From a virus: a stretch of 64,000 nucleotides of DNA. The position numbers and the translations under genes were made by a program. Numbering within the stretch: position 1 is the first letter of the stretch; each line of letters begins with the position of its first letter. The stretch is from IMG/VR virus record IMGVR_UViG_3300033997_000406, positions 1 through 64,000 of that record; one strand, 5' to 3'. The notes under the pieces were generated by a model that ran no database searches, was not told the DNA's origin, and saw only the letters and a program-made list of their open reading frames with translations. Positions 18,566 through 28,422 of the stretch are shown one piece after another.

Positions 18566-19171
18566 TTAAGGCTTGAACTCTTGGGGCATGGTCTGCCCTT
18601 TTGGAAGATTCCAGTACTCTAAAAAGGCGCACAAGGCGGCTTGCAGCCCATAGGCGAATACAACGCTATACCCTTCCGCCCTCAGCTCAGCGGCCACCTT
18701 CAACTGCTCAGCTGACGGCTTGCCGGTCATTGTTTTAATCTCCACCCTCAAGCCATGGTAAGCGCCTCGGGCCGCGTCTAATGTCGTATCAGGATAACCA
18801 GCCCTCTGCCCCTCTGACTGCATGATGAAAGCAGTTAGCTTTCCCCGCTTGCCGCTATTGGGTGTTGAGTGTGTCAGTCTGTATATGGCAGGGTGATCAC
18901 TTTCCAAAATCCAAAACAGCTCAACCTGTATAAAATGCTCTTCATTGCCTTTCATCAGCTCCGGATTTTTTTTCAGGCGAGCTAACTCTCTGGCATGTGG
19001 TGAAACTTTCGTACCGCTACGAGCTTTTGCAGTCGCTTTTGGCTTTGATGCTTGCTGAAGGCTGTCGATCGGATTTGATGACCGGCTAGCACTTTTCTGG
19101 CTGACCTTTAAGTGCTTATTGCCGTTGATCAGCTTCTGATAATCTTCCTCGCTGTACCGTAAACCATTCAT
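18566..19171 (-). CDS. VRR-NUC domain nuclease
   Basis: EHFIQ...HSTPNSGKR...G.RAGYPD...GLRVEIK...Q..LRAEGY. Confidence 0.85.
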   Translation of the reverse strand: MNGLRYSEEDYQKLINGNKHLKVSQKSASRSSNPIDSLQQASKPKATAKARSGTKVSPHARELARLKKNPELMKGNEEHFIQVELFWILESDHPAIYRLTHSTPNSGKRGKLTAFIMQSEGQRAGYPDTTLDAARGAYHGLRVEIKTMTGKPSAEQLKVAAELRAEGYSVVFAYGLQAALCAFLEYWNLPKGQTMPQEFKP

Positions 19172-19172
19172 G

Positions 19173-19928
19173 CTATCGGCCTTTATGCTTTCGGTGCTGC
19201 TTAACTCTGCTGGCCAGCTCTCGTTTGTAATCACCGTACCGCTTCATTATCTCTTTGAAATGAGCGGCCAGCTCTGGAAAAGATGGCTCACTCATAAAGT
19301 GCTCGCCTAAATCTTTAATGTCAGCCAGGCTCTGCTCTGAGGCCAAAGCCCCGGATGATTTAACACTGAGCAGCTGCAAACCCTCGTTGACCGCCTCAAT
19401 AATATCCTGCTTCTTATGGGCCATTATCTTTGTGGCCAACTCTTCTTTTTGCGGCTTGGTCAGCGGTATGCGGGCGCCAGACTGAGCCACCACTTGGCCC
19501 TGACTTTCAAAAATCACCTGAGCTTTGCCGGAGACTTCCAGCAGCAAATACGCACAGTAAGGCGTGGTGTTATATGGCTCAGCCAAGAACTCTGTGCTGG
19601 TACTTAGCAGGATGACATCTAACTTTTCGTCTACGGTATAGATTGGCTCACGCTGCAGCAGCTTGTTTACTTCAACAACATAGGCCCACTTCTGGCGGGT
19701 TCTTTGTAAGTCTGCAAATTGCGCTGACATCAGTTTGGCGGTTTTGTCGTTATGATTTTCGTGCGATTGCACTACGCTGGCCATCTTATCCATGGCCTCT
19801 GACATATCTGCAACCAGCTGAGATAAACGCTGATTATCCTCTGAAAGCGATTTACTCTTTTCTGTTAAATCATTGATTACCAGCTGCTGCAATGCAAACG
19901 CGTCAGCACCATTTGTTGTGTCGCTCAC
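19173..19928 (-). CDS. Hypothetical coiled-coil protein
   Basis: 251 aa ORF in operon. Confidence 0.6.
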   Translation of the reverse strand: MSDTTNGADAFALQQLVINDLTEKSKSLSEDNQRLSQLVADMSEAMDKMASVVQSHENHNDKTAKLMSAQFADLQRTRQKWAYVVEVNKLLQREPIYTVDEKLDVILLSTSTEFLAEPYNTTPYCAYLLLEVSGKAQVIFESQGQVVAQSGARIPLTKPQKEELATKIMAHKKQDIIEAVNEGLQLLSVKSSGALASEQSLADIKDLGEHFMSEPSFPELAAHFKEIMKRYGDYKRELASRVKQHRKHKGR

Positions 19929-19937
19929 TTCTTAACC

Positions 19938-20327
19938 TCAATCATGCTTGTTAATCTTAGAGTCCTTATAGAACTCACTGACAGACTCACCCATTCGCTT
20001 ATCCAGATCGGCTTTGCGCTGTGCCTCTGTCATGCTTAGATGTTTTATTTGCTGGCGCTGCTGCCTATATGCCGCTTCAGCTTTGACTATCCGACCACGC
20101 AACAACTTGATAATCCCAACCGAATGGCGCAAATCCACGCCAGAACCAAAGCACTCAATACAGTCCAGCTGGTGCAGTAAACCGGTTGTTTTACCCACCC
20201 CCTTACACGCCGTACACAAGGGTACTGACGATATATCAGGACCATCGACCAGCAACACCTGCTGAACTTCTCTTGGTTCCAGAGCGCCTATGCCCTTGCG
20301 TGGCACTATCTTTGATTTTTGGCTCAA
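19938..20327 (-). CDS. Zinc-finger protein (CxxCxGxG twice)
   Basis: CTACKGVG...CIECFGSG. Confidence 0.65.
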   Translation of the reverse strand: MSQKSKIVPRKGIGALEPREVQQVLLVDGPDISSVPLCTACKGVGKTTGLLHQLDCIECFGSGVDLRHSVGIIKLLRGRIVKAEAAYRQQRQQIKHLSMTEAQRKADLDKRMGESVSEFYKDSKINKHD

Positions 20328-20330
20328 TTA

Positions 20331-20347
20331 TTTATCCTAACAGTTAA
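20331..20347 (+). promoter_or_regulatory. 17-bp repeated operator overlapping RBS
   Basis: TTTATCCTAACAGTTAA. Confidence 0.65.
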
Positions 20348-20393
20348 CTGTCGAATTATTGCAGCATAACCACGACAGCTCAACACAAAGCGC

Positions 20394-20867
20394 TTACTTG
20401 CCCATAGGGAACTCAGCCAAAAAGGCACCATAGAACGAGGGAAAGCCATTGGCGTAAACAACTAATGCTTGATCCTCACCAGAGTTACTGATTTTCATCA
20501 TGGAGTAGTTTTTGTGCTGATCCAGGCTAATCATGTGTGTAGCGTCTGGCTGGCCTGCTTTTTCATCGGCAACGCGACAAAGAAGCTCCAGCTCTTCTAT
20601 CAGGCAATTTGCAGTACTGTGGAGCCTCAAATACAGCTGTGCGATTTGCGCATCACTGAAACGAACCTGACCAGAAAAGCCACCAGCCTCTGAGGGCTCT
20701 TTGTGGCCGCTGAGTATTGCTGACGCTTGCAGCATATCTGCCAGTGAATAACCCCTTACTACTTTCGCTTCTTCAGCGGTCGACGTTCCAACCCCTTCAA
20801 AAGCCATACCCACCTTGACACAGGCGTCATTTATTTCTTTAGCTCGCTGAATATCCACGGTCATCAC
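20394..20867 (-). CDS. Hypothetical phage protein
   Basis: ORF in operon. Confidence 0.55.
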   Translation of the reverse strand: MMTVDIQRAKEINDACVKVGMAFEGVGTSTAEEAKVVRGYSLADMLQASAILSGHKEPSEAGGFSGQVRFSDAQIAQLYLRLHSTANCLIEELELLCRVADEKAGQPDATHMISLDQHKNYSMMKISNSGEDQALVVYANGFPSFYGAFLAEFPMGK

Positions 20868-21042
20868 CCAATAAATTAGCTACAACAGCTTTTTCCACTA
20901 CATCGTTGCGAATACTGGCTGATTCGCGCCAGCGCCCCTTTCCGTCCATATACTGTGCGTACATTCCGGCCGGATTAATCCGGTGCAAAATATCGCCCAC
21001 CAAAGCTGAGCGCTCTTCTAAAACTGATTCGACGTTGGCCAT
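20839..21042 (-). CDS. Hypothetical protein
   Basis: AAGG RBS, ORF. Confidence 0.5.
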   Translation of the reverse strand: MANVESVLEERSALVGDILHRINPAGMYAQYMDGKGRWRESASIRNDVVEKAVVANLLGDDRGYSAS

Positions 21043-21100
21043 AAAATCATTACCTTTTAGAAAATAAAAAGCGCTGGACTATGCCAGCGCCTTTAGGTGC

Positions 21101-21277
21101 TTAGTTCTTCAACTCTAATTTTGCAGTGGCCGCCTGCTCGCGCATGGCCTTCAAACCATCCAGCATGGCAGCGAACTCTGACCAACGCATGGTGCCCTTA
21201 ATAAACACCGGACGCTTAGTTTCTGCTGCTGCTTGTTTGCTTGATGCAAAAATTGACTGTATTATCTCTGCTGACAT
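21101..21277 (-). CDS. Small hypothetical protein (58 aa, not in ORF track)
   Basis: GAGGA RBS; MSAEIIQSIFASSKQ...ELKN*; terminator at ~21066-21094. Confidence 0.55.
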   Translation of the reverse strand: MSAEIIQSIFASSKQAAAETKRPVFIKGTMRWSEFAAMLDGLKAMREQAATAKLELKN

Positions 21278-21359
21278 CGTTATATCCTCATGATCTGCCC
21301 GACCATTTGTGTGTTAATGATGAAGCTCTGTAGCCAGTTACCAGCTGGCTACAGAGCGA

Positions 21360-21626
21360 TTAAACCCCTTCCGAGCCGCCCTTAAGTTTATCCGCGCTGA
21401 TATTTGCCAACGCTTCATTAAGAGCTGCAAAATACTCACTAACTAACAACTCAAGACCTCCTTTTTCATCGACTTCACGTAACCGATTTACATTGTCAAT
21501 CTTATATCTTTCAATAAGTTGACTCTTCACCATTGCTAAGCTCGGCTTCCAATCAGACAGAAAGTGTTTTGCTATCCACGCCTTTATAGCTGCATCAAAT
21601 TCAAGCTGATTAGTGCTTCCGCTCAT
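21360..21626 (-). CDS. Hypothetical protein
   Basis: ORF; operator TTTATCCTAACGGTTAT (21632-21648) overlaps its RBS. Confidence 0.55.
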   Translation of the reverse strand: MSGSTNQLEFDAAIKAWIAKHFLSDWKPSLAMVKSQLIERYKIDNVNRLREVDEKGGLELLVSEYFAALNEALANISADKLKGGSEGV

Positions 21627-21789
21627 AGCTATTTATCCTAACGGTTATCAGTTATTAATTAACCACAATTTGAATTTACACATTGATTTAATAAAAAGCA
21701 ATGGTAATATTCCATAAATAATCTATTTATCTTCGTTTTTTTATGGAATGATAGATTTATCAATGAAACAACTTAAGCGGAGCAACGAA

Positions 21790-22980
21790 ATGTCGGGCAC
21801 TTCACCACAAAAAACTCTAAATCAAATATCCAACATCGCTCAGCGGCTAAGAGCGGTCATTAAACTAAACAAAGACCACGCACTGAGCCCGGACAGCGAA
21901 AGCGGAAAACTGGTAAGGCATTACAATCAGGCTGAGGCTATAAAAGCCACTGGCGCCCACGCTAAGAACATTGGCCCTTTGTGCGCTCAACTTGGCATTG
22001 ATACACAGGACGGCAACCGCTGGCGTATCACATTAAAAGACGTTCAGGCATTGCGGGAGTCGCTGGGCTATTTGCCATTTGTTAGAGAAAAGAATCAGAA
22101 GCTGCAGATAATTGCAGTGAGTAGCCTTAAAGGCGGCGCAACAAAAACAACCATAGCGACCACACTGGCTGTTGGTTTGGCAACTGAGTGCAAAACACGG
22201 TACCGCGTTGGATTTATGGACCTAGACCCGCAATCAACAGCAACCAACCGGATCAAGCCAAATACTGACGAGACAATTATTAGTGCCGGCGACCTGCTGA
22301 GCGGGCAAGTGCAGCTGGATGAAGGCGAAACCTTTGAACAGGCCTGTAAAGCTTCATTCTATCCAACAAACATACCGAACCTTCGGATCCTGCCAGCCAA
22401 AGAAAGCGACAGGGAATATGAAGTACTCGCAGAAGAGCGCAAGGCATCAGGCGGTTATATCGCCTACAAAGACCTACAGAGCATTATCGACGCCGTGGCT
22501 GATGACTTTGACATTATCATCATAGATACGGCCCCACAGTTCAGCACAGCAACGCTGGCAGCGCACTATTGCGCTAACAACCTGATTATTCCTATCCGCC
22601 CCTCTGAGGATGACCGGGACGCATCCAGCAAGTACGTCGACTTCTTAGAGCGCATGTATCACCTACTTGCGGGTATGGGACATGGCGGCTGGGATAACCT
22701 CTCTATTCTGCTCAGTGCCATTCGCAGCACCAGCAACGCACACAAACAAATGGTAAAAGAAATTCGCTCAGCCATTGGTCAGGACTGTTACGCCGTAGAA
22801 ATACCTGAAAGCGAGGCTGTACTGACGTGCGCCAAGCAGTACTGCACGGTGTTTGATATGTCAGCCAGCGAGTATGTGAACCTTGGCAGCCGCAACACCA
22901 TCAAAACCGCACAGACGGAATTCGGCCACTTCGTGGATGAAGTGGAAGCTCAAATTAAACGCTCTTGGGGTATAAAATGA
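21790..22980 (+). CDS. parA: Type Ia plasmid partition ATPase
   Basis: N-terminal wHTH, KGGATKTT, DLDPQ, IIIDTAP. Confidence 0.95.
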   Translation: MSGTSPQKTLNQISNIAQRLRAVIKLNKDHALSPDSESGKLVRHYNQAEAIKATGAHAKNIGPLCAQLGIDTQDGNRWRITLKDVQALRESLGYLPFVREKNQKLQIIAVSSLKGGATKTTIATTLAVGLATECKTRYRVGFMDLDPQSTATNRIKPNTDETIISAGDLLSGQVQLDEGETFEQACKASFYPTNIPNLRILPAKESDREYEVLAEERKASGGYIAYKDLQSIIDAVADDFDIIIIDTAPQFSTATLAAHYCANNLIIPIRPSEDDRDASSKYVDFLERMYHLLAGMGHGGWDNLSILLSAIRSTSNAHKQMVKEIRSAIGQDCYAVEIPESEAVLTCAKQYCTVFDMSASEYVNLGSRNTIKTAQTEFGHFVDEVEAQIKRSWGIK

Positions 22981-23513
22981 GTTCAACCCTATTTGTCTTG
23001 CGTGATAGTCGAGGCGACTGCGGCGGTAACGCTATGTTTTGGCCTACAGGTGGCGGCTATACCACTGACCTGAATAAAGCAGCTCATTACACAAAAGAAC
23101 AGGCTGAGCGCCAACACAAAACCCGCCCCACTGACATACCTCTACCTTTGGAGGCGCTGCAGAAGCTCACACGCATTACTGTAGACCATCAGTATCTACC
23201 GGACGAACACAACAACCACTCGCCTGATGCTGAGTATGTGATCCAGCACTGCAGAATGTGGGACGGCAACGACATCTACTTTCAGAACGATACCAGCGCC
23301 AGCAATGGCGATGACGTAAAAACAACAAACCTTACCAACGCAACCCGATACAGCAAAACCGAAGCCATTAAGCGAGCAGCAACGTTTAACAATGCTCAGA
23401 TATGGCCATTACAGGATTTGGTTGCGATAGGCAGACAATCAGTGTCTGCGAAGCGAATAGACACAGCGGCAATGGCTGCACTGTCTGGCATTACAATTTT
23501 AGAGGCGGAATAA
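22977..23513 (+). CDS. Hypothetical phage protein between parA and parB
   Basis: DSRG..G.NAMFW...GGYTTDLNKAAHY, internally duplicated domain; ATGA overlap. Confidence 0.65.
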   Translation: MSSTLFVLRDSRGDCGGNAMFWPTGGGYTTDLNKAAHYTKEQAERQHKTRPTDIPLPLEALQKLTRITVDHQYLPDEHNNHSPDAEYVIQHCRMWDGNDIYFQNDTSASNGDDVKTTNLTNATRYSKTEAIKRAATFNNAQIWPLQDLVAIGRQSVSAKRIDTAAMAALSGITILEAE

Positions 23514-23515
23514 CA

Positions 23516-24511
23516 ATGGCAACGGCACCTGTACGCAAGAAACTTGAACTACGCGGCATCAGCGCAGACGCTATGGAAACAGCTCGGGCAAATTTCCAAT
23601 CTATGGCGGCAGTGATAGAGATTCCTATCAGAGGCGGCAAAGTCGCTACATTCACTCTGGTTGTGGTACCAAGCGATGATATTGAATCAAAGACCTATGT
23701 AGCCGGTGAAAACGGTCGTAATCAAAAGCTACTGAACAAAGTCTCTGTATCTGACATATCACCCACAATTAAAGCAAGCGGTCAGCAGTTCCCCGCCTTT
23801 GGTCAGTGGGACAACGATTTAATCAAAGTGATTGACGGTTCACGCAGACGTTTTACGTGCAAAGCGTATAGCCAGCCCTATTACATTTACGTCACCAGTG
23901 ACCCGATTGAGCGCGCTGACGTTCGCTATATCAGCCAAGTGGCAAACATCAGTAAAGGCTTATCCCTGTATGAGAAAGGCTCTACCTTTGCGGCTTTACT
24001 TGATTATGGTACCTATGCCGACAATAAGAGCCTGGCAGAAGGTGAAGGCGAGCACGAAAGCACGGTATCTATTGCTATATCGTCCTTTAGAAACCTTCCA
24101 GTGTCTGTTGCTGAACGCATACCAAGCATAAGCGACATAGGCCGCTCTCTAATGAAAGAACTGATTGACCTTAGTTCTGACACCCGGTTAAGCGTAGAGC
24201 AGCGTACAGGCCTTATTGATACGGTCCTAACTGATGAATTTAGTTTAGACCAACTAATTGCCGAATCAGGTTCAGAGGATCCAACCGTTTTAAATAACCT
24301 CTTTATCAAAAAGTACAAGGCTGCACACGCTGAGCTGCTTCCAAAAGCCAAGGAAAAAACACCAGCCCCTATTTTGGCTAGCAAAGGGAACACTCAGGCC
24401 GTTATCGCCAAGTCATCTAAACGAGGCTTTACGGTTCAGATCAACTGCACTGACGCAAAGGTACGGGCTGCTATTGAGGCCGCCATACAGAAAGCGATTG
24501 AGGGTAAGTAA
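23516..24511 (+). CDS. parB: Plasmid partition protein ParB
   Basis: GQQFPAFG...VIDGSRRR motif, HTH. Confidence 0.92.
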   Translation: MATAPVRKKLELRGISADAMETARANFQSMAAVIEIPIRGGKVATFTLVVVPSDDIESKTYVAGENGRNQKLLNKVSVSDISPTIKASGQQFPAFGQWDNDLIKVIDGSRRRFTCKAYSQPYYIYVTSDPIERADVRYISQVANISKGLSLYEKGSTFAALLDYGTYADNKSLAEGEGEHESTVSIAISSFRNLPVSVAERIPSISDIGRSLMKELIDLSSDTRLSVEQRTGLIDTVLTDEFSLDQLIAESGSEDPTVLNNLFIKKYKAAHAELLPKAKEKTPAPILASKGNTQAVIAKSSKRGFTVQINCTDAKVRAAIEAAIQKAIEGK

Positions 24512-24850
24512 ATGTCCGGACCAACTGAAAAGGAAATTAACGTCACTTTAGCCAGGTATGAAGCACCAGCAGATCTTGTATTTGACCCTGACGGCCACCC
24601 AATGACTCACAACGCCCTGATTAATGAGTATAGGGATTTGAACTACTGCAACAACTGGAACCTATTAATGCCGTTGGCCATAAAGCTACACATTGGCTTT
24701 GACCCATTGCCCACAGATGAAACAGCACCAGCGGTAGCCTGGAGTAATGCGGCGGCTATTCAAGTGACTGCAGATACCCACCAACGAGCTATCGCTGAGT
24801 GCGCCTATCTAATCGTCACTGAACGTAACAGTGTGGCACTCACAGGTTAA
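24512..24850 (+). CDS. NinX/ABA-sandwich-like phage protein
   Basis: YCNNWNLLMPLAIKLHI...RAIAEC. Confidence 0.6.
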   Translation: MSGPTEKEINVTLARYEAPADLVFDPDGHPMTHNALINEYRDLNYCNNWNLLMPLAIKLHIGFDPLPTDETAPAVAWSNAAAIQVTADTHQRAIAECAYLIVTERNSVALTG

Positions 24851-24859
24851 GGGCTCCGT

Positions 24860-26059
24860 ATGCAATCCATTGTGCAACAAATTTACGAGCAATCAACTGG
24901 GCCTTTAACAAACCAGCAGCTGTATGACGCACTGGCAGAACGCGGCTATAGCAAAGACGACTATCAGGAAGTTGGTCAGTCAGGTAAGCGCCACAACCTG
25001 TTTTACAGGCGGGTAAGGTGGGTTCAGCAGTCACTTAAAAAGCGATCACTGGTGTTACGCACAGGCAAGAACGCTTGGGAACTGTCCACCCACAGAAAGA
25101 TAGAACTGCGCTCCATAGGAGCTGCACAATCAGTTATAGCTATGAGCACGTCCTTAGGTATCGCTATATGGGGCAAAAGCGAGGTTATTGGTCGCGATGT
25201 CATAGACGAACCAGTGCATTTGATTTTGTCATCGCCACCTTACCCACTCAAAGTAGCAAGGGCTTACGGCAACCCTGTTATAGATGAATACATCGACTTT
25301 CTATCTATGGTGCTTGAGCCGTGGATTGATAAGCTGGCCCCTGGGGGGAGTATTGCGCTTAACGTTAGCAATGACATCTTTGAGGATGGCTCACCAGCCA
25401 GATCAACATACCTTGAAGAAATGACAATAGCCCTTAAAAAACGCTTTGGCCTGCACCTTATGGACCGTATGCCATGGGTAAGCAATAAAGCACCCGGACC
25501 TATTCAGTGGGCCAGCCTTGAAAGAACTCAGCTAAACGTTGGCTATGAGCACATTATATGGTTCACCAACGACCCGTTTAAGTGCTTTTCTAACAATCAG
25601 CGAGTACTGCAAGAGCATTCTGAACAGCACAAACGACTAATGGCCAAAGGCGGAATGCAATACCACTCAACTGCAGCTGATGGCAATTATGTGAAAAAGG
25701 TAGGAGCCTATGGCGCACAGACTAAGGGGCGCATCCCTACAAACGTTCTGCAGTTCTCCAATTACTGTAAATCCGGACGACAAGTAACTGCATTTGCCAA
25801 AAGTTTGGGGATGCCAGCACACGCGGCAAAGTTCCCTGTATCGCTGTGCAACTTTCTGATTGAGTTTTTAACTCAGCCTGGACAGTTGGTTGCTGATATT
25901 TTTTCTGGCACCCTGACCGTAGGGGAGTCAGCAGAAGGGCTAAATAGGCGGTGGGTTTGCGTTGAAATGATGTGGGAATACATTAAACAGTCATTCCCTC
26001 GCTTTGAACGATTCGGGCACGATGTTTATTGGAACCCTTCATTTTTAAAAGCCATTTGA
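24860..26059 (+). CDS. DNA methyltransferase (N4-C/N6-A family)
   Basis: SPPY, HAAKFP, DIFSGTLTVG motifs. Confidence 0.92.
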   Translation: MQSIVQQIYEQSTGPLTNQQLYDALAERGYSKDDYQEVGQSGKRHNLFYRRVRWVQQSLKKRSLVLRTGKNAWELSTHRKIELRSIGAAQSVIAMSTSLGIAIWGKSEVIGRDVIDEPVHLILSSPPYPLKVARAYGNPVIDEYIDFLSMVLEPWIDKLAPGGSIALNVSNDIFEDGSPARSTYLEEMTIALKKRFGLHLMDRMPWVSNKAPGPIQWASLERTQLNVGYEHIIWFTNDPFKCFSNNQRVLQEHSEQHKRLMAKGGMQYHSTAADGNYVKKVGAYGAQTKGRIPTNVLQFSNYCKSGRQVTAFAKSLGMPAHAAKFPVSLCNFLIEFLTQPGQLVADIFSGTLTVGESAEGLNRRWVCVEMMWEYIKQSFPRFERFGHDVYWNPSFLKAI

Positions 26060-26073
26060 AAAAAGGACCAGGT

Positions 26074-26229
26074 ATGAAGTACCAGCTTTGGTTAGTGCAA
26101 CTTAGCTTATTAATCCGTGACAAGTTTCAATACTGTGCAGACTGGGAGCAGTGGGACGAATGGCGCGACTACTTCAATCAAGGCTCTTCACCTGAAGAAG
26201 CTTTAAACGAATCGCACAGGCCTGGCTAA
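26074..26229 (+). CDS. Small hypothetical phage protein
   Basis: WRDYFNQGSSPEEAL motif; RBS. Confidence 0.5.
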   Translation: MKYQLWLVQLSLLIRDKFQYCADWEQWDEWRDYFNQGSSPEEALNESHRPG

Positions 26230-26281
26230 AAGCGAAGTACAGGCCCAGCATTAAACCTTGACAACAAAGGAGCAAGACACA

Positions 26282-26745
26282 TTGAGCGCATTTTTTATTT
26301 GGACAGACTTAGAAACAGGCGGCCTCGCTGGAAAACTGGATAACGGACAACTGGGCTGTAACTACTACCCTATTGCAGAACCTATGGCATTGAGCAGGAA
26401 AGTGCTGAGCAAGCCATCTTGGACCACCTGAAAAGCAACGGCGTCGACGCCTACGACAAAAAAACTAAAACGGGCGGGATTATGGCGGGCAACTCTATAG
26501 TGCTGGACCGTATGTTTATTGCAGCACAAATGCCTAAATTTGAAAGCTACATGCACTATCGCCAACTGGATGCGTCTGCGCTGGCCATTGCTGCCCGTTA
26601 TTGGGCGCCAGAAGTGGCTAAAGAAGCTATAGCGAACAAAGCTTATGGTCATGAAGCGCTGGCGGATATACGGGAAAGCATTGCAGAAGCAAGGGTGTAT
26701 ATGGATATGTTTAAGCTGAAGAGCTTATCACCTAATTTATCCTAA
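26282..26745 (+). pseudogene. Oligoribonuclease (Orn/DEDDh) homolog with frameshifting internal deletion
   Basis: WTDLETGGL in one frame (stop at ~26431); AGNSI..DRMF...MP...YMHYRQLD and HEALADIRESI in another frame. Confidence 0.75.
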
Positions 26746-26752
26746 CAGTTAA
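26736..26752 (+). promoter_or_regulatory. 17-bp repeated operator next to a sigma70-like promoter
   Basis: TTTATCCTAACAGTTAA followed by TTGATT-16-TATAAT (26755-26782). Confidence 0.65.
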
Positions 26753-26787
26753 CATTGATTATTTGGTAGAACCCACTATAATCGATA

Positions 26788-26842
26788 ACGCTTTTTGACA
26801 GGAAGAAACCTTGGTATTGCCCCGCTCCCCGCGGGGCTTTTT
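26788..26842 (+). ncRNA. Candidate small RNA (~55 nt)
   Basis: Promoter directly followed by short sequence and GCCCCGC-TCCCC-GCGGGGC-TTTTT terminator. Confidence 0.4.
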
Positions 26843-26905
26843 TATTGTCCTGGAACACACTCAGCATTACAATGCGGCTCGCATCAAATAGAAGGGCCAG
26901 TATCT

Positions 26906-27109
26906 ATGCTTTCTCTACCATCCATCACCAGCGGCGGCAAAGACAAGCCAGAGATTTTTACCTCAGCTGGCGGTACATCACTTCCACCAATACCAGGCGA
27001 TGAGGCCTACACAGAACCAAGCGAAACAAACTATGAGTACGCCTATCTTTTTATAGTTTTTGTACTTGTTGCGGTGATATGGCGGGCCTACAAAGGCAAT
27101 AAGGACTAA
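26906..27109 (+). CDS. Small protein with C-terminal TM helix
   Basis: TTGTCC-17-TACAAT promoter; YAYLFIVFVLVAVIW. Confidence 0.5.
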   Translation: MLSLPSITSGGKDKPEIFTSAGGTSLPPIPGDEAYTEPSETNYEYAYLFIVFVLVAVIWRAYKGNKD

Positions 27110-27127
27110 CGCTGACTGGCGCCAGCT

Positions 27128-27583
27128 TTAGTTTGGCTCAATCCAGCCCAAGCTTAATCCTTGGCAACGCATTGCAAATATCTCAAACTCAGACTTATCG
27201 TTGTCTGAAAACGAATACCCCTCACCGTAAGCAATGCCGCGAGTCCCTATCAAAATATCAAACGGCTTAAACCTCTGCACCTTGCAGACATCCCTATAAA
27301 TCCGTTCTTCGCCCTTTGCAAAAAAGACGTTCACAAAGGCCGTTGCAACATGACCAGCAGATATAAAGTCAAATAGCTTTGCATAGTCCTGAGACAGCCT
27401 GTAACCCTCCTGATCTGGCACTATGACAATCGGCTTTCCTGATGCGTCAGGTTGAGCCGTTACCTTGTCGCCCTCGCGCAGCCACACTAAAGAGCTACCC
27501 TGCTCAGCTAAAGCTTTAGCAGCATCCAGAGTGAGGCCGCTTATTGTCACGCTGTATAACTGTTCACTTTTCTGATATTCCAT
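27128..27583 (-). CDS. Hypothetical phage protein
   Basis: ORF in operon. Confidence 0.55.
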   Translation of the reverse strand: MEYQKSEQLYSVTISGLTLDAAKALAEQGSSLVWLREGDKVTAQPDASGKPIVIVPDQEGYRLSQDYAKLFDFISAGHVATAFVNVFFAKGEERIYRDVCKVQRFKPFDILIGTRGIAYGEGYSFSDNDKSEFEIFAMRCQGLSLGWIEPN

Positions 27584-27591
27584 ACTTGCCC

Positions 27592-27855
27592 CTACGGTTT
27601 TCTTAATTTGATGTTGTACGAATGCTCAGGCGGCTTTATCCATGCCCGGTAAAAGAAATTAGGCAGTACTTGGGTGGCGTCCGCCAGCAGCTCTATTTCT
27701 TCATTGGTGGGGTAATTGCGGCCTGATTCAATGCCAGCCAGGCGAACAGAGTTAATGCCGGTCATGTCCATAAGTTCGTCTAAAGACAGGCCTCCAGCAA
27801 ATCTGGCGCACTCTAAAGCGCTACCCTCAAACTTGTCTGACTGAATAAACGCCAT
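27592..27855 (-). CDS. XRE-family HTH protein
   Basis: LSLDELMDMTGINSVRLAGIESGRNYP. Confidence 0.75.
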   Translation of the reverse strand: MAFIQSDKFEGSALECARFAGGLSLDELMDMTGINSVRLAGIESGRNYPTNEEIELLADATQVLPNFFYRAWIKPPEHSYNIKLRKP

Positions 27856-27857
27856 GA

Positions 27858-28190
27858 CTACAGCCTTTTTCTGACTTTCAATAGCGCCAAATCCAGCTGA
27901 AGCTCGCTTATCTCAGAATCTAGCTCTACCCTTTGATGAAACAACTTCGGATCACTCTGCTTTTTTGCGTCAGACATCAGCTTCTTTTCCTCTTTGGCCA
28001 GCCGACTTAATTCAGCAGAATCTTCCGGAGACATTTTTCCGGCCTGCATCCTTTCAACAAAAGGTACAGCACTTCGCCTCAACTCAAACACTTTGCTAAG
28101 CGGCGATGACTGCATGAATGCAACCAATTCGTCTCGCTTCTTACGCCTGACTTCTATAGCTTTCTCAAGGAGCTGAACCGTAATACTCAT
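27858..28190 (-). CDS. Hypothetical protein
   Basis: Translationally coupled ORF. Confidence 0.55.
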   Translation of the reverse strand: MSITVQLLEKAIEVRRKKRDELVAFMQSSPLSKVFELRRSAVPFVERMQAGKMSPEDSAELSRLAKEEKKLMSDAKKQSDPKLFHQRVELDSEISELQLDLALLKVRKRL

Positions 28191-28420
28191 TAGTGATCAA
28201 TCCTACCCATGCAGCGCTCCAGCATTAATGGGTTAGCCCTGCCAAACGCTTTAAAATGTTCTGCAGCTACAGTGGCTGACCAGCGCATATCTGCCTGCTC
28301 GGATACCAGCACCAGCGGTTCAACACTAATAACAACCGCAAACTCATAACGACCGCAACCGCTAGCAAGCTGATATTCAGCGCTCACCGGCTCAACTAAA
28401 TCACCTACGCTAATCGACAT
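28190..28420 (-). CDS. Hypothetical phage protein
   Basis: L.SGCGRY..AVV.SVEP.VLVSE.ADM.WS motif. Confidence 0.6.
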   Translation of the reverse strand: MSISVGDLVEPVSAEYQLASGCGRYEFAVVISVEPLVLVSEQADMRWSATVAAEHFKAFGRANPLMLERCMGRIDH

Positions 28421-28422
28421 AG

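Noticed and set aside
26795-26905. N-terminal extension of ORF 26795-27109
   Set aside because: It runs through a terminator; the downstream promoter and ATG 26906 are more plausible
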